A DNA stretch of 64,000 nucleotides, taken from Arcobacteraceae bacterium. GTDB taxonomy: Bacteria > Campylobacterota > Campylobacteria > Campylobacterales > Arcobacteraceae. This document shows, in pieces, positions 58,197 to 64,000 of the stretch. The notes beneath the pieces were generated by a model that searched no databases, was not told the DNA's origin, and was given only the letters and a program-made list of their open reading frames with translations. Where the stretch lies: the NCBI GenBank assembly GCA_965224485.1, contig CBDCZH010000010.1, forward strand, positions 416,001-480,000, given 5' to 3'. Positions within the stretch are counted from its first letter, which is position 1; each line of letters opens with the position of its first letter. Position numbers and translations under genes: made by a program.

Positions 58197-58972
58197 TTAC
58201 TTTTGGTTAAGGATTGCTTCATTTATACAATCCCAAAGTTTGATTCTTCTTCTTAGTGCTTCTTTACAAATCTCTATAACTTCGCTCCACTTTTGTTCAT
58301 CATCGCTGCAAAGATCATTTATCATATCTAAGGCCATAGGTCCGTGTTCATCAGCATCTACTTCTATATGTCTATCTAAGTAATATACTAGTTTTGATAA
58401 ATTAGCATTTGGAGTTACATTGAATTTTCTAATAATTTCTACAAACATATCTGGAATTAAATTTTCTCTTCCAAAAGTAAATACAGCAGCAACTAAGTGA
58501 ATTTTTTTACTTTTTATAACATCAAAAGTAAAATCAATAAAGTTTTTTATTTCTTTATTTACATTTACTAAGTTTAAGGCAGTTTCATAAGTTTTATTTT
58601 CATCTAAGTATTTAATAAAATTATCAATATTAGAAGTATTTGCATTTACTTGTTTTCATGGCTTGAATATATAACTCAAAGTGACTCATAGCTACATTGT
58701 CATCATTAAAATCACTCTCTTCACATAATACAATATCGTTTATAAGCCTAGTTTGTTTAGTGTTTTTTTTTTGGAGTCCAAGGAACTTTTGTACAGGTTA
58801 ATTCATTTTGTAAGGATTTAAGTAAGGACATAAAATCCCATACCGCAAAAACATGTAGTTCCATAAATATTTTTACATTTTTTATTGAATCTACATTTTT
58901 ATATAATTTATGTTTAATTAGCTCAATTCTTAAAGGTTCTAGTTCTTCTTTTATTTTTTCAATTTGTGTCAT
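58197..58972 (-). CDS. DUF3050 (heme-oxygenase-like) protein, frameshifted
   Basis: FMELHVFAVWDFMSLLKSLQ...PWTP; IVLCEESD; SHFE; FTFGRE.LIPDMF; YYLDRHIEVDADEHGP. Confidence 0.82.
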
Positions 58973-59134
58973 ATTATCTTCTTCTTGTTTTTTTATAAAG
59001 TTTGGTATTTTACATAAAGTATTTTTTTTAAGGCTTTAGCTTTTATAATAAGTTTAATATAGAAGATTTTATAAATAATTAGGTATTTTTTTAAAGTTAC
59101 AGTAGAAAAAGTAGAGGAAGAAGGAAATCTTCTT

Positions 59135-60104
59135 CTACTCTTTTAAAAGGTCTCTGTAGAACTGAGTATAGTTTGTATCTTTTTCATCTCTTGCTTTCAT
59201 AGCTGGTCTTGGGTGTTCATTTAACTGTCCTGTCAACATATAAGGAATTGAATATCCCCAATCTAGTTTTTTCTCTAAAGGAACAATATATTCTTCTAAA
59301 AATCTAAGTATTGGCATAAGTTTTATATTTTGGATTCTTTAAAAACCCAACTATTAACTCCATAGGGCAGTTTCCAGCACCTCGTCCAAGACCAGAAATT
59401 GTAACATCTAAATAAGAAGTTCCATAAATCATGGCTTCAATAGTATTAGCATAAGCTAATTGCATATTATTATGGGCATGAATACCTATTTTTTTACCAC
59501 AACTCTCTGCTACTTTTAAGTACTTTTCAGTAAGTTTTTTTATTTGTTCTGGATAAAATGAACCAAAACTATCTGCTATATAAATAACATCAACATCTGT
59601 TTTACTTAAAGCTTCTAATACTTCACTTAGTTCATCATCAAAAGATTTAGAAACTGCCATAACATTAACTGTTGTTTCGTAACCTTTATTATGAGCATCT
59701 TGTATTAGCTCAATTGCAGCAGGAAGTTGATGAATATATGTAGCAATTCTAATCATATCAACTACACTTTCACTTTTAGGAAGTAATTCTTCTTTTAAAG
59801 ATCTTCCAATATCAGACATAACTGCAATTTTTAGATTTGTATTATTATCACCTACAATTCTTCTAATATCTTCTTCTTTACAAAAATTCCAAGGTCCATA
59901 TTCATCTACGCTCATAATTGTAGGAGATACATTTTTACCAATTTCCATATAATCAATTCCCGCTTCTACGCATGTATTATAATGTGCTTTTACAAATTCA
60001 TCTGTAAATTGATAATTATTAACTAAACCGCCATCTCTAATTGTACAGTCAAAAACTTTTATATCTTCTCTTACTGTAAGTATTGAACCTTTTTTCTCAA
60101 TCAT
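59135..60104 (-). CDS. HMGL-like (DRE-TIM) aldolase-family protein, frameshifted near 59320
   Basis: DCTIRDGG, YIADSFGS, GIHAHNN, GLGRGAGN; ORF 59135..59317 is its C-terminus (WGYSIPYMLTGQLNEHPR). Confidence 0.85.
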
Positions 60105-60304
60105 AAGTATTCCTATTTGTTTTTTATATAATAATTATAGTTATAATATCTTAAGAGTAGAAAAAAGAGCTTAGAATTAAGGTTTTTTTATAAAAAAGAG
60201 TAAATAGCTTTTATTTTTAACATTTTTTCTAATTTAAGTTCGTATATATTCTTTCTTAAAATATTATTTTAGAATAAATGCTATAATTCAAGCTAAGGAT
60301 TTTA

Positions 60305-61018
60305 ATGAGTTTATTTCTTGAATTAATATTATTTTCTCTTTTATCTGGATCAACGGTTTTTGTAGGAGCTGTTATCTCTTTTGTTTTTGAAAAATTTGTT
60401 CCTCTTGGTTTATTTAAAAAAGAGTTGATTCATACTTTTATTGCTTTTGGTGCAGGTATTATGTTAGCTGCTGTATCTTTTGTTTTAATTCCCCAAGCAG
60501 TTGAAGTTTTAACAATTGTGCAAACAATTATATTTTTTACTCTAGGAAGTATTTGTTTTTATTTTATAAGCGAATACATTAAAAAGAAAAAAACAAAAGT
60601 TTCTCAATTAATGGCAATGTTATTAGATTTTATACCAGAATCAATATCTTTGGGTTCTATGTTTCTTATAAATCATTCTTTTGCTATTTTATTAGCAGTT
60701 TTTATTGCTTTGCAGAATCTACCTGAAGCTTTTAACTCATATTTAGAATTAAGAAAATTTAAAACAAGTATTTTTAAAACTTTATTAATACTATTTTGTT
60801 TAAGTTTTGTAGGTCTTATATTTTCACTTTTAGGATATATATTTTTAAAAAGCTCACCTAGCATTACAGCTGCTATAATGATTTTTTCAAGTGGTGGAAT
60901 TTTATATCTTATTTTTGAAGATATTGCTCCATCTTTTAGACTAAAAGAAAACTCCTTAGCTGTTTTAGGGGTTAACTTTGGTTTTATTGTAGGGTTATTA
61001 TGTCACTTACTGGTATAA
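60305..61018 (+). CDS. ZIP family metal transporter
   Basis: AFGAGIML, LDFIPES, IALQNLPEAF, SGGILYL. Confidence 0.88.
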   Translation: MSLFLELILFSLLSGSTVFVGAVISFVFEKFVPLGLFKKELIHTFIAFGAGIMLAAVSFVLIPQAVEVLTIVQTIIFFTLGSICFYFISEYIKKKKTKVSQLMAMLLDFIPESISLGSMFLINHSFAILLAVFIALQNLPEAFNSYLELRKFKTSIFKTLLILFCLSFVGLIFSLLGYIFLKSSPSITAAIMIFSSGGILYLIFEDIAPSFRLKENSLAVLGVNFGFIVGLLCHLLV

Positions 61019-61043
61019 AGAGAATATTATATTCTCTTTATTT

Positions 61044-61325
61044 TCAGGATTTACTCATATGTGAGCTAAAATTATCTATATAATTATCTAAATTTTGTTC
61101 TAACATTTTTGTATATTCTTTTACAAAATACTCCATAATCTCACCTTTTGCTTCTAACATCTCTTTTGCAGTATCAAAATTACGTGCAGCTATCCATGAA
61201 TTAAATCTTGTTTGTGCATACATTAAAGAAGAACTTACTTCTCCTGGTTCTACTTCTTCACTAATTTGTTCATTTGCTAATTTGATATGATCATCTGCTC
61301 TTTTATAAAATTCTTCTTGATTCAT
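61044..61325 (-). CDS. DUF3144-like protein
   Basis: FYKRADDHIKLAN...VSSSLMYA..RFN.W...YTKMLEQNLD. Confidence 0.75.
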   Translation of the reverse strand: MNQEEFYKRADDHIKLANEQISEEVEPGEVSSSLMYAQTRFNSWIAARNFDTAKEMLEAKGEIMEYFVKEYTKMLEQNLDNYIDNFSSHMSKS

Positions 61326-61473
61326 TTGTATCCTTAATCTTTTTCTTTACTTTGTATAAAGTTGATTATATGTAAATATTTATTAAAGTGTATTATTATC
61401 AATCAAGTTTTTTAATTATTACGAGTATTATTTAAACAATTTTTTATTATAATAAGAAAAAATAGGTGCCAAA

Positions 61474-62175
61474 ATGAAAAAAAAGCTATATTTACTTCCT
61501 GGAATCATGACAAATGAGCTTTTATGGAGTTATTTGTTGCCATATTTAAAAAATGATTATGAATTAATTAATATTAGCATTCCTTTGGAAAACTCTTTTG
61601 ATGAAGTTGTAGATGTTTTAGCTTCAAGATTTAAAAATAAAAAGATAAATCTTTTGGGGTTTTCTTTGGGTGGATATATTGCTACATATTTTGCATTAAA
61701 ATACCCATCTTTAGTATCAAAGGTCTTTATTGTAGGAAGTAGTCCTTGTATGCTTTTAGAAGAAGAGATAGAAAAAAGAAAAAATGCTATTAATTTTGTA
61801 AAACAAAATGGCTTAAAAGACTTAAGTAGAAAAAAAGTTATATCTTTATTAGATAAAAAAAATGAAAAGAACGATAATTTAATAAAACTTATACAAAAAA
61901 TGTATACAGATTTAGGAAAAGATACCTTTATAACGCAATTTACTTCTACATTAAGTAGAAATAACTTATTTGATGAATTAAAAGAGTTTAAGAATGTTAT
62001 GACATTTTATTATTGTAAAAATGATAGATTAGTAAATGTCAAATATTTAAATAAAATAAAAAAAGAAAGAAAAGATTTCACTTTCATAGAAATAGAGGGT
62101 TTCTCACACATGATACCACTAGAAAGTCCAAAAAATCTCTCAAATGAAATTAAATTATGGCTTGAAAGCACTTAG
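61474..62175 (+). CDS. Alpha/beta hydrolase
   Basis: LLPG, GFSLGG nucleophile elbow, ND, SHMIPLE. Confidence 0.88.
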   Translation: MKKKLYLLPGIMTNELLWSYLLPYLKNDYELINISIPLENSFDEVVDVLASRFKNKKINLLGFSLGGYIATYFALKYPSLVSKVFIVGSSPCMLLEEEIEKRKNAINFVKQNGLKDLSRKKVISLLDKKNEKNDNLIKLIQKMYTDLGKDTFITQFTSTLSRNNLFDELKEFKNVMTFYYCKNDRLVNVKYLNKIKKERKDFTFIEIEGFSHMIPLESPKNLSNEIKLWLEST

Positions 62176-62288
62176 AATAAGAATATTATAAAAATGTAAG
62201 TTTGAAATGTCTGTATTTGGGGATATTTATTTGAAGTGTAAGATATAAGTTAAAAAAAAAGAGAGTTTCCTCTCTTTTTTAAAGGTTC

Positions 62289-62507
62289 TTATAAACCTGT
62301 AACGTTCTCAGCTTGAGGACCTTTTTGACCTTCGCCAATTTCAAAAGAAACTTTCTGACCGTCATTTAAAGAAACTCTATCATAACCATTACTATTAATT
62401 TGTCTATAATGTACGAATACATCTTTTCCACCATCTTCAGGTTCTATAAAACCAAAACCTTTTTCGCTATTAAACCATTTTACTGTTCCGTTTACTAATG
62501 TTGCCAT
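62289..62507 (-). CDS. Cold-shock protein
   Basis: [30 protein letters not shown]. Confidence 0.96.
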   Translation of the reverse strand: MATLVNGTVKWFNSEKGFGFIEPEDGGKDVFVHYRQINSNGYDRVSLNDGQKVSFEIGEGQKGPQAENVTGL

Positions 62508-62843
62508 TGTATTTCCTTTTGTTGTTAATATACTTCATTTCTAAAGCTATGAAAATATAAAGTCGAGCATTCTTTAGATATATAATATTGGATCTTTAAC
62601 AAAACAATAAAATGTAACAAAACAATAAAATGTAACACTATAGATGAACTCTAAATCATCTTTCAATTGTGTGAGTATACCTTAAGTTTTTACAAAATAT
62701 ACTAAAATTAAAGGAAATTTAATAAATAATAAAAAAAAACTATATTATGAATATTATTTATGTACAAATATATGCTAAATTAAGTAATACTTTTATAAGA
62801 ATATTTAAGTTAATATATATTTATTAAACAAAAAGGCTAAAAT

Positions 62844-63083
62844 TTGAAAACTTTTAAATATTTATTTACACTTGGGCTAAGTGCCTTCTTATTCGCTGCT
62901 TGTAGTCAAGCTAAGCTTGAAAATACAAAAGTAGTAACAGAAGAAAATCAAGTTTCTAAAACTGCACTTATGGTTGAACTATGTAAAAAACATTTAGGTG
63001 AGGAAAATTATTATTTTATTAATGAATTATATAATGATAAAGATGCTGCTCTTAATAAATGCAAAGAAGAGTTAGGTTTATAA
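62844..63083 (+). CDS. Small lipoprotein
   Basis: TTG start, AAGG RBS, lipobox FAAC. Confidence 0.7.
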   Translation: MKTFKYLFTLGLSAFLFAACSQAKLENTKVVTEENQVSKTALMVELCKKHLGEENYYFINELYNDKDAALNKCKEELGL

Positions 63084-63310
63084 AATTATTTAATTAAATC
63101 TAATAATATTAAAAATAATTTTGCTCTTTTATCTTATATATATAATGAATACTTCTTATTTTATTTGAAAATTATGGTATAATCCCGATACTTCAATATA
63201 TATGTCTATTAAAGGCATGGTGTAATAATCTCATTATTAAAATCAAATATTTAAGCTAAATTACTAATAAAACTAATATTTAAATAGATTTAAAAAAAAA
63301 GGTACTTAAT

Positions 63311-64000
63311 ATGTCATTTTCAAAACTTGGTTTATGCCAAGAACTTTTAAAAGCAGTAGAAGAACAAGGTTATACAACTGCAACACCTATACAGGAAAAA
63401 GCTATTCCTTTAATTTTACAAAAAAAGGATATCTTAGCTGGAGCTCAAACAGGAACAGGTAAGACTGCTGGTTTTACACTTCCCCTATTAGAACTTCTAA
63501 GACAAAAAAAATCTAAGGGCAAAACTAAAGTTAGAGCTTTAGTTTTAACACCTACAAGAGAGCTAGCTGCTCAAGTAGGAGAAAGTATCTCTTTATATGG
63601 TAAATACTTACCATTTAAAAGCACAGTTATTTTTGGAGGAGTTGGAATCAACCCTCAAAAAGCTACTTTAAGAAAGGGAGTTGATATTGTAACAGCAACA
63701 CCTGGAAGGCTTTTGGATTTACTTTCTCAAAACTGCATTGATTTAACGTCATTAGAGTTTTTAATTCTTGATGAAGCAGACCGTATGTTAGATATGGGTT
63801 TTATCAATGACATTAAAAAAATTCTTAAAATTTTGCCAAGAGATAAACAAACATTATTTTTCTCAGCAACATTTTCAAATGATATTAAAAAACTAGCAGA
63901 TGGATTATTAAATGACCCTGCCTTAATAGAAGTTGCAAAATCAAACTCTTCTAATGAAGCAATTACACAAATTGTTCATTATGTAGATAAAGATACAAAG
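63311..64000 (+). CDS. DEAD-box RNA helicase (RhlE-like), 3' end outside window
   Basis: Missing from the ORF track: [53 protein letters not shown]. Confidence 0.95.
   Translation, partial: MSFSKLGLCQELLKAVEEQGYTTATPIQEKAIPLILQKKDILAGAQTGTGKTAGFTLPLLELLRQKKSKGKTKVRALVLTPTRELAAQVGESISLYGKYLPFKSTVIFGGVGINPQKATLRKGVDIVTATPGRLLDLLSQNCIDLTSLEFLILDEADRMLDMGFINDIKKILKILPRDKQTLFFSATFSNDIKKLADGLLNDPALIEVAKSNSSNEAITQIVHYVDKDTK

Noticed and set aside
4465..60864. Short ORF-track entries antisense to or nested in long genes (e.g. 4465, 4699, 7004, 8119, 12901, 13832, 20133, 21500, 27193, 38346, 38829, 40634, 46465, 49115, 51880, 60673)
   Set aside because: Shadow frames of well-supported genes, with no RBS or recognisable motifs.

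Overview
Very AT-rich bacterial DNA; gene content and order suggest Campylobacterota, probably Arcobacteraceae (inferred, not verified). Layout: (1) 1-10 kb: two tandem sensor genes with multiple periplasmic-binding domains (frameshifted), an HD hydrolase and a PIN-PhoH ATPase. (2) 10-28.7 kb: a selenium cluster (selB, selA, tRNA-Sec, a selenocysteine-containing selD, a PhnD-like ABC transporter). It is split by a ~7.3 kb tyrosine-integrase island inserted in the 3' end of tRNA-Sec that carries a Rep_trans-like initiator. (3) 28.7-47 kb: a two-component system, a Sec-containing formate dehydrogenase operon, maturation genes, a split ModE-like regulator and a WtpABC-type transporter; three promoter regions share the palindrome AATATGCA-N5-TGCATATT. 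(4) 48.6-56.8 kb: an integron-type cassette array with no integrase visible in the window, in which each cassette's leading core is the reverse complement of its own attC inverse core. It carries defence-like genes (AlbA_2/Schlafen-NACHT, Zn-PD-(D/E)XK nuclease, HNH) and a brnT-brnA pair knocked out by an IS110 element whose non-coding end has a recognisable bridge-RNA donor-binding loop. (5) 57-64 kb: ordinary genes ending in a partial DEAD-box helicase. Many single-base frameshifts at 1-7 kb and 53-59 kb are probably assembly errors. All family calls come from motif recognition by eye; no database searches were run.
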